Assembly (NCBI RefSeq): GCF_008831285.2
Contig: NC_045138.2
Location: 39,184,001 to 39,248,000, forward strand
DNA length: 64,000 nt
Direction of reading: 5' to 3'
DNA from: Nymphaea colorata
Taxonomy: Eukaryota
A program made the position numbers and the translations under genes. Numbering within the stretch: position 1 is the first letter of the stretch; every line of letters begins with the position of its first letter. Under the pieces are notes generated by a model. It had not been told where the DNA came from. It saw only the letters and a program-made list of their open reading frames with translations, and did not search any database. This document shows positions 42,101-55,300 of the stretch, in pieces.

Positions 42101-44663
42101 TCTGCATGGTGGTCATCTTGTTATCACCTTGCTAGTCAGCATGTCTCTTTGAATTCTGCTGATAGTTTTTGCCATGTATTGTAGGTTTTGGTTTTTTGTA
42201 CAACAGCAATGGTAACAAAACTTGTGTCTGAGCTTCTCTCTGAGCTGCACCTTAATGTAAGAGAAATCCACTCCCGAAAGCCACAGAGTTATAGGACGAG
42301 GGTTTCTGATGAATTTAGAAAGTCAAAAGGTCTGATCCTTGTCACTTCTGATGTCTCTGCTCGTGGAGTGGACTACCCTGATGTCACTCTTGTTGTACAG
42401 GTAAAGTAACATCAACGTTAATTATCAAGCCAGTTCTATTCTGCATCCTTTGATCATATAAGCTTGCCCTTCTGCAAATTCAGATATTCTTAATGAAAAA
42501 AAATATACTTATTTGTTCCTGTGCTTTCTACGGTTTGAAGTGAAAACTTCGAATTAGCATGACCGGTAGATGTGATGACAAATTTCTGTTCTGCTGTTTC
42601 TGTTGCTTTTTAGTTTTTTTAACGTGTCCAAGAAAACAAGTGCTTAGATTTGAACCAATGAAAGTGAATTGTATTCCATCAACATGACATCTGTGTGGTA
42701 TGATGTATAGAATATATGACAAATGTATAACAAAGATGGAATGCTGGTGTATTTCTATCGATTGATCATGTCATATAGGTCTGTGTGGGACATCAATTTA
42801 CTTCAATTTAAATTATCTGGAGGTATCCATGTAAACAACTCTAGCATGAAAATAGTTAAGCGGTTCCAAACTAGCTCCTTTTAGTTTACTACTGAGCACT
42901 TGAACTGGTGAGACATATCAGCGGACTTGGACCGACAAAATAATGGTATTGACAACACTGCTTGAAACCACTGTTATGTGATATAATGTAATTTATTAGT
43001 ATTTATGTCCTTTGGACCATTTCCAGGAATATGATTGCTTCTTTCGTCTACTGCAAATGCACCTTATGCATCACCCTAGGATCCTCACCAGCATATATTC
43101 CACAATATGCACAATTTTGTGACTATTTTGCACCTTGCTGCTGTTGCAGGTGGGTCTGCCATCTGATAGAGAACAATACATACACCGTCTCGGAAGAACT
43201 GGTAGGAAAGGCAAAGAGGGAATAGGCATATTACTGCTCGCTCCATGGGAAGATTTCTTCTTGTCAAATATTAAGGGCCTGCCAATAAGCAAAGGCGATT
43301 TGCCCCCAATTGATCCAGACATGAGAAAGAAGGTTAGCTTGTGATAATTCTTTTGAACCTACAGTTTCAACCTTCATGTCTTTTTCAATATTACTCGTGC
43401 ATAGTTTAGACACTTGATTTTCTTCTCACGTTTAATGGTGAATCTTGTCTTTCCATTTGTTATTCCTTTACTGTCCATAGAAGCCGGTTGACGGTAGTAC
43501 AGAGTTATGTAGGTGTATACTGCTAAAAGCCTAAAACTATTATTACTCAAAAAGTAATCATAGTGGTGTAGAAGTAGGGAGAGCTAAGCTATTATTGTTC
43601 TTTTCTTTAATCTTCTTTCTACCTGTGATGTTCTCATTGCTTTTTGTGTTCCTTTCTTACAGTTGTCTTATACCGCTTTGCTTTGTTCTCGAGAGAGATG
43701 CTGTTTTAGTTTTTGAATCTTGGCATGCATTTAGTGGGGTTATTGCTTTCATTTTAGCTTTTGGAAGGACATTGTGTGCTAATCCATATGCTGCTTCTCA
43801 CCAAAATATTAAGATGGATAAGGCATCCTACATTAAGTTTATACTTTTATAAGCGGTTGCTATCAGCAGCTCAAAATGCAATTGCACGTGTCTGGTTCTT
43901 TCTTGGTAACTGGGCAAGTGGCATTCTAGATAATACTTATGCCTCTGCAGTAGCTTTCTTACAGGTCGTTTAAAACTTTAAAATGCCTGGCATAGTGGTC
44001 TTTTGGTGCCAGCATGGTGCTTTAGGGAGCTGCAGCATGCATTTCTTGTCATCTGTTGGAGTCCATGTTGTCATGTACATACGTTGTGATCCATATTTCT
44101 TTTTATGTTTTATCAGAACTTCCTTGCAGTATTTTGTGTTATGTTTTTATGGGTAGAAGCCAAATGCATGTGGGATGCTTCTTCTCACCCTTGTTTTGGT
44201 ACCAATTATCTTACTGTGGCATACCAGTGTGACCCCCTCTGTCAGCAACTCAGCATCCTGAGCTATGTATGTTACATAGAAACTGGCATTCAAGAAGTCC
44301 ATAAGTCTATGAGTTTGTAATCTGTGCTTCATTTTTTGGGAACATGGGAACCATAAACTTCTTTTTCTCGGTTCATTGACAATCCTCCTTTATAATGTAA
44401 CATACTATTTGTTTTACTTTTCTATGTTTTGTCAGGTTGAGCATGCTCTTGCGCACGTAGAGATGAGGAATAAGGAAGCAGCTTATCAAGCATGGCTGGG
44501 ATATTATAACTCCGTCAAGACCATTGGCAGAGATAAGATAAGGCTTGTAGAGCTTGCTAATGAGTTCAGCAGCAGTATGGGTCTTGACAGGCCGCCAGCA
44601 ATCCCGAAGCTTGTACTAGGCAAAATGGGTCTGAAAAATGTCCCTGGCCTACGTGCAAAGTAG
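36195..44663 (+). CDS. RH26: DEAD-box ATP-dependent RNA helicase, RH26/RH31/RH25 clade (likely organellar), 10 exons
   Basis: Exons: 36195-37432, 38416-38522, 41058-41113, 41211-41435, 41525-41731, 41806-41892, 42004-42099, 42185-42400, 43150-43332, 44436-44663, all GT-AG. Motifs: Q-motif GYDKMTVVQ, AKTGTGKT, PTRELA, TPGRL, DEADH, SAT, SARGVD, HRLGRTGR. The N-terminus has an Arg/Ser-rich transit-peptide-like start and SKSLIDDEAELSDWISDL, as in RH26. Confidence 0.93.
36840..37250 (+). repeat. In-frame 141-bp (47-aa) coding tandem repeat in helicase exon 1
   Basis: EYGKRAAQIFDDDDEDEEIVDFSRKKRGGLGYNRDGREGGVSGKSKM starts at 36918, 37059 and (partial) 37200, with a diverged half-unit before 36918. 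Confidence 0.95.
39048..39508 (-). mobile_element. Complete TRIM (terminal-repeat retrotransposon in miniature) in helicase intron 2
   Basis: Direct repeats 39048-39239 and 39316-39508 flank a 76-bp internal domain. PBS TGGTATCAGAGCC (minus, 39314-39302; tRNA-iMet type), PPT AAGGGGGGTGGAT (minus, 39252-39240), 5-bp TSD GTAGG at 39043-39047 and 39509-39513. Confidence 0.95.
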
Positions 44664-46209
44664 ATGTTTAAGCAACTGGGTGCTGTTTGAGTAATCAAGG
44701 TGACATTGCAAGGGCATACTTTTGCCCATAGGTCTCTCACCTAGTGTGGAGTATGGACCTAAAGCCATGTACATGTCAGACCATGAACAATGGCGTTGGA
44801 TGGAAGTATGAGCACCTATCCTTGAGATATCTTTCTTCCCTGCTAAATACAGCACAATTCTCTTGCATGTTGCCTAGACCCGCTGCAGCCTTGATGTGGG
44901 GATTCCAGGTCGCATAAAGTAACTGTTTTCGGCTCAGGGAGAGACTCCACTGGAGGTAAACAACATATTCCAGTGGGAAAGATTTGAGGTTATTATCTTA
45001 GTCGATGTTTGTCATAGATGACACGAAGAATGGGAAAACTAAATTGTATTGGGTTATATTTCGGTTTATAGCAATTTGAAGGAGCCAATGTTGGGCTACT
45101 TGCTGCTTCTTGATCATATGGACAAAACAAATTGGTTGGCTGAACAGTCTATACTTGATCCTGGATATTTGACTCAAATCAAAACTTTATACCATCCTTT
45201 CATGCATGAATCTTGATCCAGAATATTCTGGGCGTGCGAGAGGTTAACAACTTATCTCCCCTCTCGCAAAAGAGCCCCCAAGGCCCTCCATTCCCCTTCC
45301 TGGTCTGGGGCTGCATTAGAAATACTTGTCTGTCAACTCAATCAACATAGTATTGAGGTCACGCAAAAATATGCTCGGTTGGTAGCAGCCCAGCTCGCCC
45401 AAGAAAAGCCAATTGTAAATGCATGTAGTGAAGATCGAGCCCCAACTAGCCAGAATCGGACTTGCAGATAGGATATCTCAGTAGGTGGCTGCAACTCTTC
45501 TATGACAGAAGAAATGTTGTTCACAGGTCTTCAGAGATCACTTGATATCAAGCTAACCTTATGAAAGACAATCTGTCCAATTCTTGTGTTTTCAAATGGT
45601 GAGCTGAGTTAAAGTGGATCCTTGCCTGTTCACTAACTGTGATAAATTTCAAATATAAAATAGGTATTTGTTGATGTGTCCACAAGGCATCTTTGCCTCT
45701 CCCCTTCCTGTCTGTCAGGACTATTTGATGGGTGAAATTCCACCCGCCCCGACCGCCTGAATCAAACACGGTCGCCCATGTGGATTTCATGGATTCCACC
45801 AACTAATTTTAAGTGACTGTGAAAGATAATCAGTGGAGACGAGAGTAATAAAGAGAACTATCATCTTGAACCCCAATATTAGTCCCCAATTTTACTGTGA
45901 GATTGACGAAAATCTAGAGATTTCTATTGCCATGGCGGTGCTTCATTTACGGTATATATTACCTCTCGGTTGATGATGATGGAAAGCACCTTCAAAAATC
46001 AAATTGCGAACATGGCGACTATTATTCCAAGGGAACCAGAAAATGAATGTTTGTGGAGACCAAAGCAATGACATTTATAATCACATCAGTTGTTATGGAA
46101 GTACATACCTTTTCCTCTAACTGGTTCCCTGCAGCTGCCAACTTATTTTGTTCTCTTCAAAGTAGGATTTGAACCATAACGGCCCCCAAGGGCCTAATAT
46201 AGTAGGCAA

Positions 46210-47371
46210 GGAGACCACGTTGTCCGGTCGGACAGAAACCTCCGCCCAAGTAACAAACCGTTTGCGGTTTTAGACCACGCCCGCGGCCATCTCTCTCGTG
46301 CAGTTTGCCAGTTGGCGTTTTCTTACCCACTCGGCAATCCGGTGAATTTACGCAAAACCCCATCCATTTAGATGAATTTTCATGTTTTGATTGGTATTTT
46401 AGGAAAACGTGGGGGCACCTTTCGTCAAACGGGCGATACATGCGGAACGACAACGGGCTGCGTTTGAAAGCTAGCCGCTAGCGGCCTCTTGGTGTGTCCT
46501 CGCTTTCTACCCGTGCGGTAAAGATAGCCGGAATGATGATGGAGGGGACTTGGAGAGAGGCAAGGAGATCGCGTTCGGAGATTACCCGCTCTCTCTCCGC
46601 CAAGAAAGGAGTCTGCGCCTCCGGCGTCTTTTCAGGTCAGTCGGCATCTTTAACCGTTTGAGAGTTGAGACCTCTGTCTCATAGAAATTAGCGCCTTCAT
46701 CTCACCGAGATCGCCTCGGCGATGGGGTTGCTTCTGGGTTATGGGAGTCCTTTTTGTCATCTGTTTGCGCATATATCGGTTACGTTAGGGAAAAAAGCTT
46801 TTCTTCGTTGTTCTTCTTCAAAATGCTCTCATAAACGTCTGATTTTGTGGGCCATTGTTACAACGTGAAAGCATGAGAAGGCCTCAGATCACATGCATTG
46901 AATAAGCCGGGATCCCCGATCTCTTCAAGGATCTGTTGAAAATCATATTCATAGGTTTTCAAGGACCCATTTCACTCGATCACGAGAGAGATCACCGAGT
47001 TCCTTCCCGAAATGTGGTATTAAGCGTTCTCCGACCTATTTCACACTTCTGAAGTTAAAAAAAAAAATGCACCTCTCTTTTTCATCTAGTTATTTACCAT
47101 TTACCGTCTTCCTCATTGAGAGCAGAGAAGCCCTTTTTCCCCCATTTGAGAGCCAGTAGCCGTGTACTTCGGCTCGTTCGCGCCTCTGGCCGTCCTTAGG
47201 CGCAAAGGAGCCTGTTTCCTTCTTCCGAACTTGGCGCAGGAGCGGTGCTGTAAAATGGGTGGCTTTTTGTAGACGCTTCGCATCCACACCCAAGTTCATC
47301 CCCGTCATCGGCGGCAAGTTGTTATGTGCAAATGGGCCCTTCGCTTTGTATGACTTTCTCATGCTGCGTGC
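46210..47371 (+). repeat. Promoter/first-exon/intron module, copy A (duplicated at 59179-60381)
   Basis: Collinear homology from ggagaccacgttgtccggtcgg to cgctttgtatgactttctc. It is GC-rich and has a donor-like tttcag|gtcagtcggcatctt in both copies. Confidence 0.88.
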
Positions 47372-49306
47372 TTACGTAATGTTTGGGATGGGTCGCCTCC
47401 ATCGGGCCACCGCATCCGTCCGATTTGGCCGCATCCTCATATGAGCTAACTGTGCCTAATATCAAGCTTTAACAATATTGCTCTGTTCCTTTAATTGGCG
47501 TATATTCTGGTCAATTACAACATTCTCTCTCTCTCGGTCTCTCCTCACCCGGTGCAAGTCTCTCTCCCTCTCTCCCTTTCCCCGACCCATCTCTTCCCCT
47601 CTCAATTTTTGTCTCTCTTTTCTTGAATCTATCCCGGTTCTGCACTGCTCTTGTGACGCCATTCGCCGGAGCTGCCATCCTGTTCGCCCTCCCGTTGCCC
47701 TTGCAGACAGCTCAACAGGTAACCTCCCTCCCTCTCCCCCCCTCGAACAGCAGGATTTAGCGGAGCTCCCCCTCTATTTGCTGTGAGAAAAGGTCTGCCT
47801 GCCGCAACGGTTCCCTCGCTTTCATTGTGGGAGAGGAGAGATAGGGGCTGCTGCGTTATGACAGCCACCTCTATGATAGAAAGCTTGTTGTAGCACCAAA
47901 ACAAGTTCTTCTGAATAGATTTTGATGCTAGCTAAAATCGGGTTTGTAGCATGGTATACCATCATCCAAATGGCAGTAAATCTCTAGATATGTGACCTGA
48001 GCACTACCCATTAGATTAGTGCACCTTATTTTTCTTTTCTTCAGATGCAATCAAGCCCTCCTAGCAATCAAGCTTCAGTTGCATTTGCAGGCTTAACTAA
48101 AACTTGGTTGCCTGCTGAACCACGGCTTGTTTAAATGGTCAAGCTTTGAGCTTACATTCGTCTTGCTTTCTGGCCAAGTTCTAGCCACAGAAAAAATGCA
48201 GGCAAATGGGTTCTTCATGGGGTGCAACGCATTTGTTTGGATTGATTAGGTGCAGAAGGACGAAATCTGTTTTCTAGTTTATTCTAGTTATGAAAGATCT
48301 TCATTTGAAACCTTGTTGTCTTAATTTGAAAAGTGCTATTTATGATGTTGGCCAAATATTCGTGGATATTTCAGTGCTTCACTTTCGATTTCTTAACAAT
48401 GTCCTGGTAATGAGCCAAGAAAATCAGGTCAAAGAATAGCAAGATAAATGTAGGATTAGGAGAAACCGGAGTTAAAGCGTTGGGAGGACCTTGATTGCCC
48501 ATGATTGTGAGCCAACCCTTGCCTGGTTGGTCTTCATCGTGTTTCTTTGCTGCACTTATTCCCGTACGTTCTAGAAAAATCCAGATTGACATTGCTTTCA
48601 TTGTAGTATTGGTTCTGTTAAGTTCGTTGACATATGCTTGTAAATAACCAAAATGAAATCTCTAACAGTCGAGGAATAATGCTTCAGGGAGTTGGACAAA
48701 AATATGGGCTTGGAGATTCCTGAATACAGTGAAGCGGACAACTGTATCGCAAGTTAGGCGATTGCTTTGGAAGCAAGATATTGTCTTAGTCTATCAAATT
48801 TTGTTGATTTTTAGTTTTATGTGGCCATGATTTCAAAAAAATGCTATGTAATTGTGCATTTAGGGTGTGTTTGATTGCAATGCATTCCCGTGTAGGAATG
48901 GAATCCGAATCAATTTTCTTCAAAATATCCGAGGATCCAGCAAATGTTGGAACAAATCCCGGAGAGGTGGATTTTAATCGTACTAGGGAAAAAATTAGCC
49001 TGCCAGAGCACCTTGTGGTTACATTGCTATCGCGTGATTTCTTTGCAGCGTTCCTATAGAAGTGCAGCAGAGAAGACGACCGCAACACCTGTTCACCGGC
49101 AGCGTCCCTGTTCACTGGCAGTGCAAAAGAAGAAGACTGAACCAGGTTATCTGTTGAACGTCCTTATTGTTCCCAAGGCCGATTTTTTCTCTTACTGTGC
49201 ATCCCTCTTCTTCCTCCTCTTCTCTCTATTCATGTGCCCCCTTTTTTCCTGCCGCCGTCGGGATTCAATCGTCGATCTTCAGAGTGTTAGCAGATCGTCG
49301 AGGGAG

Positions 49307-49534
49307 ATGGAGGGCAGCAGCTTCCTCACTTGCGTGGGGGCTAGCGTCGCGTCGGCGTTCTTCGCTTCCCTAGAGCGATGCTCTTGCATCAACCTGAGCA
49401 CCACCGATGCCGAGGATGAGGAGGAAGCCAACGATCGCCCACTGATGCTTACCAAGCCAATCGTCCACGACTTCTCTGAGAACTTGCCAGAGGAAAAGCC
49501 GGCCCACGTCTGCGTCAATGTTGGACCCTCCTGA
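49307..49534 (+). CDS. Small conserved plant protein of unknown function (75 aa; [18 protein letters not shown] motif)
   Basis: GC-rich [51 protein letters not shown]... The [17 protein letters not shown] + acidic run + EAxDRPL pattern is one I recognise from an uncharacterised angiosperm family. The longer 48944 ORF extension is intronic/UTR. Confidence 0.8.
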   Translation: MEGSSFLTCVGASVASAFFASLERCSCINLSTTDAEDEEEANDRPLMLTKPIVHDFSENLPEEKPAHVCVNVGPS

Positions 49535-49741
49535 GCAGCCTTCTTGCTCTCTGTGCCGTCGAAGATTTAGGGTAAGTTCGTCTTGCCCTCCTTTCTTTTC
49601 CCTCTTCAATTGAATTGTTCCGCTTTTTTTTTTTTATGTATCCTTTGTCGCTTGTCGTGATACCACATTTAGGATGTTTTGTTTCATTTTTTCTATCCCT
49701 TGTGCCATTCGTTTCATTACCTATCCTGGTTTTGCTTACGA

Positions 49742-49743
<2 letters not shown>

Positions 49744-49810
<67 letters not shown>
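49744..49810. repeat. (TA)n microsatellite
   Basis: Read directly from the sequence. Confidence 0.95.
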
Positions 49811-49813
<3 letters not shown>

Positions 49814-52800
49814 CATGCGATTTCTTTGTTTTTTTGGTTTGCTATGCCTGACTAAAAATATTTTTGGGGCCTACATAACTTGTTAGTCGAGATGGTCTCA
49901 TCCTATTCATTTCTAGGCAGCTAAGGGCCACTAGTTTCCGTCTGATTCACCTCTAACTGCTTTGCCGTTGACCTAGTGCAACATTATTCTTCTGCGGCTG
50001 TTAAACATCCGTTGGTACTGTAAATCGAGGAGGAATGGCTCATATCTGATTGCCTGGACACGGTGGTAGCAAAGTCACTTGAGCACACCACAAATGGAAC
50101 CCTTTTTCATTCTACAAGTGCCCCACAAACAATGTAATATATACATGGTTGATGTGATGTGAAAGTTTTGTATAACTTGGATCCTGAGACACTGCTCTCT
50201 ATGAAATTCTTAATGTAAAGCAAGAACTACAAATTGTTAAAAGTAATTGTTAATCTTTTTGAGTCAATAGCACTGAAAACATCTAATAATAGAACTAAGT
50301 TAAAATTTAAAATTCAATGTATTTGTTATAGGTCTTGAAAACTTGAAGGAAGAATGTAAAAAAGGCATCTAAACATTAGGTGATATTCAAAATATACTTA
50401 TATAGTGAACAACACACCTAAGCTGTTCCAGGTTAATTAAAAAGTTCCAGGTTATACTTGGTCACATAGCTTCTGCTATTTATATGCCCACCAAAAGTAC
50501 TTTTAGCATTGAGTGTGAATGCAGGTGCTGAGTGTGTAATATGAATTTAACTGACGGAAAGGTGTAATATGCATGTTTGACATGGAAGATCTAAGTTTAA
50601 GTTTATTCAAGAAGGTTGTACAATTTATATGCTTATTTTTGTCGCATTTATTGTAGTTGCTTTTCTTTTGTTTGTGATGGGCTTCTGCTATTTATGATAA
50701 GAGTAGTATTTTCTCTGCTTCTACGAAGTGTTCAACTGAAGAAATGTTGTTATAGACCGAGGCACACCCATTTTAGGAACATGTTGGAATATATGAACTT
50801 GTTTAAAGTTTTGATTATCATTGTACGTTTTTGGGTATCAAGAACAGTTCCTAATGTTCGGTGGATGCTGTTTGCACCTATCAGAGTTCAGATTCATTGT
50901 TAAAGTTGGAGTGAAAGCACTTGATCTATTGGTGGTTGCTGGTCTTGTTTGACAGGCTATTTTGTCGCGTTTTGACATTAGGAATGAACAGCAGAAGACC
51001 ACTATATATGTTCTGTTTGTTCCAGTTAGTTTCATTTTCATGCTTATACATGTTTTTTTCTGCCTACCTCCTGACAGATGGAGTCAAATAAATGAAAGGA
51101 ATCACTTTGTAATAACGTTGTCTTCATCATCCAAACATTCTTATGATATTCAACATTGAGCATTTAAAGATCATCTAAACTTGTCTTTTTTATTTTATAG
51201 TTTGTCAATAGTGGTAGATGATGAACGTGACAGAAGGAAGGAATCTTATTTGTGATTGCCAATCATCTAACTGATGCTTTTTGTTTTTGCAACTGTAGAT
51301 CTTGCCTGGTCGTCGTTCTGTTGGCCAGCCAATGGTCACAATTTTTTTCCAAGTTATCCTCACTTATACCGTCAAACGTAGAACTTAATCCCTACCATTA
51401 TTGTTCCCCCAATCACACACAATCTCAATTTGGAATGCAGATTAAAATCCTTCCTCAACTGACTCCAGGATTACAATCTATTTTAACCCCATGATTTTAA
51501 TCCCAGTGCAGTCAAGCACTTCCTTAACGAGGGGGCGGTGGGGGTGTGTTGGGGAACAGTCATGCAATACACTAAATATACTCATTCCAAATTATATACA
51601 AAGGCTAACACCTATTTCTCAAAAGTTCTATGGGGGCCAAACTTACATTTTTGAAATTTTTAATGTGTAAATTTTTAACTTTTCAAAACGTGAGGAGGGG
51701 GGTTGGGGGAGGTGCCATGACCCCTCTGCCCCCGGCCTCCACCCACTGTATCTTTGTTTTGCTTTATTGCTGGATTTTTTTGGGTGAACACCTTTAGGTA
51801 TTTATTTTCCCTCCTTTCCATGATATATAAGAATTCAGTTGCCATTGAAGTTCTATTCTGCTTCATTAATTGAAAGAATGTACTCGCATTATAGGATATG
51901 TTTCATTTTTTGTAAGTATGATTAATTTCACAGGCTGTCTGATGGAGAACATCCTCTAGTTGCCAGAGAGGTTGATGTCTTTGTGGATCTCTATCACCAA
52001 TTGCACCTTGATGACAGCAGACAGGCATGGAGAAGTTATGAAGTGTTGGAGGCATGAAGTATTTGAATGTTAATACCACAAATACTATAAGAAATTAGTC
52101 CGTACATAGCGTTAATATTGCTAATATAACTGCTTATTGTGTTTATTTATAATAGCAGCTGTGGTTGTTGCACTTATTGTCACTCCAGGAGATCTATTTG
52201 TGATTGGGTGGAACGACCAATGATTTATGTTAATATGCAAGAGATGTGGTTGGTCTGCGTTCATGCTGGAATGTAATAGGCGAGCTTGATCTGAATAAAG
52301 TCTTCTTGTGTTTCAATAATTGTTAGCGAAAGGTCATATCGGTTTGGGATCAGACAAGGACGAAGATATTGTCGAGGTTTTCCGACACGTCAAGCGGCGC
52401 CTTTAGTTCACAGTTTTGCTTGTTTGGTGTTTTTAGGCATAGATATTACTAGATTTGAAATCAAGTTTGAGTAAACTCCAATAACAATTTTGGTCAGATT
52501 CAGTGCCGATATCTTTAAACTGGAAATGTACGGTTGAATTACTTTACCTTCTTTTTTGAGACAAAAATTGTTCCCTTAAATATAAGATAGAAAGTTAAAG
52601 CTTATTATTTGAGACCGCGAAAGGCTACATGTACAAAGCCCGCCTGAGAAGCATGGCTTAACAAGCTTCAAAGCTCAAAGAACCTTGCCTCGAATTGAGG
52701 GAGTTTTTCGTTTTTCCTTCTTGGTGAAAAGTAGCTTCCTTGGCAACAGGGCCTCCGTTTCTTAAAATTCTTTCTCCCCATGCACAAATTTGTTATCAAG

Positions 52801-53702
52801 AACCCATATGTGATATACATGTATGACTCAGTTCAAATACTTGCAAAAATAAACAGGGAAAATTTAATCAACAAACACAGGAAGACTAGACACCCAGATC
52901 ACCTTTGAAGCTCCTCCCGTCAACAAGAAAGAGGAATTTGCAGGAACAGAACTGATCAGTCCCTGTCACCATGTAATTCAAGCATGTTTGCCATGAACTC
53001 TTTCAACAAAATCCATCAATTTGTGGGCTCCAGACCTGAAGCATGCATTCCACCTTTCAAATGGAAATTGAAATACATCCTTATAAAATTATTAACTTGT
53101 TCCCTAGGGATTCACTTAAGACCTGAACTTCCAGACTTTGGCATGGTTGTCATGAAGAACCTAGAACTGCATTTCTCGTGACTTATCAGGGTTATGCTGA
53201 ATTAAATATGGATGACTCTTCCAGTGAGCTTCATAATTTGATTGTAAATGGTGCAGTTTCCTCTTCAGCATTTTGAAGACAGCCTATGCTTCAAGAGGGG
53301 ATGAGTGATGGCCGATACAAACCTAGAACTGGGAGGCGGTATGGAATTGGAATTGGAATTGCTGCATGTGGGCTATGGTCATAGTAAAAAGCTGGACAAC
53401 AGGACCAGAAATTGAGAACTCAGTCCATTAATATAGTAGATATGGTTTAGACTGCACATATAAGTTGCAACAACTTATCTTTTAGGAAAAAAATGCTTAT
53501 GACACACTAGATGGAAATCCTGAATCCTTCAACATCGACTTAGACTTCCCCAAGGAGTAATGATAAAATAACAAATAAAGGTAGCAGAAAGTAGAACATA
53601 GGGTCATTTGTCGTTAGTTTAAATCGTGAATACCATGTTCTAGAGAGACAAAATTCAAAACTCAACAGTTTCATGCTATCTCCACACACACACAGAGAAA
53701 TA

Positions 53703-53705
<3 letters not shown>

Positions 53706-53785
<80 letters not shown>
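53706..53785. repeat. Compound (TA)n(GA)n microsatellite
   Basis: Read directly from the sequence. Confidence 0.95.
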
Positions 53786-53814
53786 GACGGTTCAATGCTG
53801 TCGTGTATTGAAGA

Positions 53815-53894
53815 TTGCCAATGAATAAATTTTAAGTATGTCGTTAAAATACAGTTGCCAATGAATAAATTTTAAGTATGTCGTTAAAATACAG
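53815..53894. repeat. Perfect 40-bp tandem duplication
   Basis: ttgccaatgaataaattttaagtatgtcgttaaaatacag at 53815 and 53855. Confidence 0.95.
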
Positions 53895-54059
53895 TCACTA
53901 AGTTGATATTAGCTTCGTGGCACAACGACTGTTTATGGGTGCTTTAATGGTAATTTAAAATTCTTTCGACAATGAATTTTTTAAATTTTAATCATCCAGT
54001 ACTTAAATCTTCTGCATAATTTTTTAGTGACCTATGAACAGATCAGTTGCATATCTATT

Positions 54060-55300
54060 TCTGACCGCACTACTTTCGATCTCTCTGGACAGGTATATTT
54101 ACGTTCCCATCCTTCACAGAGAGTGGACTAGCCAGATGTCAACCTTGTTGTACAGTAAAAGTAGCATTCAACATTATTTATCAGGCCACTTCTATTCTAC
54201 CATCCTTTTGATCCTATAAACTTTGAAGGAAGAAAATTGAAATTTGTTCGTGTGCTTTCTACAATCTGAAATGAGAACTTCTGGGACTCGGCAATTGGCA
54301 TGACCGTTAGATGTGATGACAAATTTCTGTTATATCACTTCCGTTGCTTTTTAATATATCCATGAAAACTTATCACCTTCAAATAGCCAAGCAGTTTCAA
54401 ACTAGTTCCTTTTAGTTTTACTACTGAGCAGTTGAACCAGCGGAACATATCAGCCACTACAGGCCGATACATATTGATATTGATAATGCTGCTTGAAACC
54501 ACTGGTCGTGTTTGATCTAGTGTGATTTATTAGTGTGTGTTGTCCTTTGGACCCATTGCTTCTTTTATGTGATAGAGAACAGTACATACACCTTCTTGGG
54601 AGAATCGTAGGAAAGGCAAAAGAGGGAAAAGGCATATTGCTGCTCAATCCATGGGAAGATTTCTTCTTGTCAAGTATTAAGGACCACCTAGCAATATGCG
54701 ATGCCGAAATGCCCCCAGTTGATCCAGACATGAGAAAGAAGGTTAGCTTGCAATAAATTCTTTTATTACTCGCGCATAGATTAGGTAATCGATTTTCTCC
54801 TCATTTATGGTCAGTCTTAACTTTCCATTTGTAATTCCTTTCCTGTGCAGAGAAATTAGAAGCCACATGTGCAGGTTTATATGTGTATATTGCTACAATT
54901 GTCCTTTTCTGTTTCCAGATTGTTTCCCATGTGGGCCTTTGTTACTCAAAGGTAATCACAGTGGTTTAGAAGTAGGGCATGTTTTAAGCTAAGCTATTAC
55001 TCTTGCTTCATTTTTGTGTTAGAAGCCATTACTACAGGTTTATATGTGTATATTGCTAAAACTGTCTTGCTATGTGGACCCTTGTTACTCAAAGGTAATC
55101 ATAGTAGTGTAGAAGTAGGGAATGTTTTGAGCTAGCCCATTACTCTTTCTTGTTTTCTGTCTTCTTTTTGCCTGTGATGTTTCTGCTTGGCTTTGCGTTC
55201 TTCCCTTACAGTTTTCTTATACTACTTTGCTCTGATCTTCTTGAGGGGAAAGCTATTTTAGATTTTGAATCTTGACGAGCGATTAGTGGGCTTATTGTTT
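54060..55300 (+). pseudogene. Unprocessed pseudogene fragment of the DEAD-box helicase (end of exon 8, intron 8, exon 9, part of intron 9)
   Basis: gagtggactaGccagatgtc at 54121 has TAC->TAG relative to 42366. The exon 9 copy (~54570-54742) reads DREQYIHLLGRIVGKAKEGKGILLLNPWEDFF with motif VI destroyed. Intron sequences are also homologous; exons 1-7 and 10 are absent. Confidence 0.9.
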
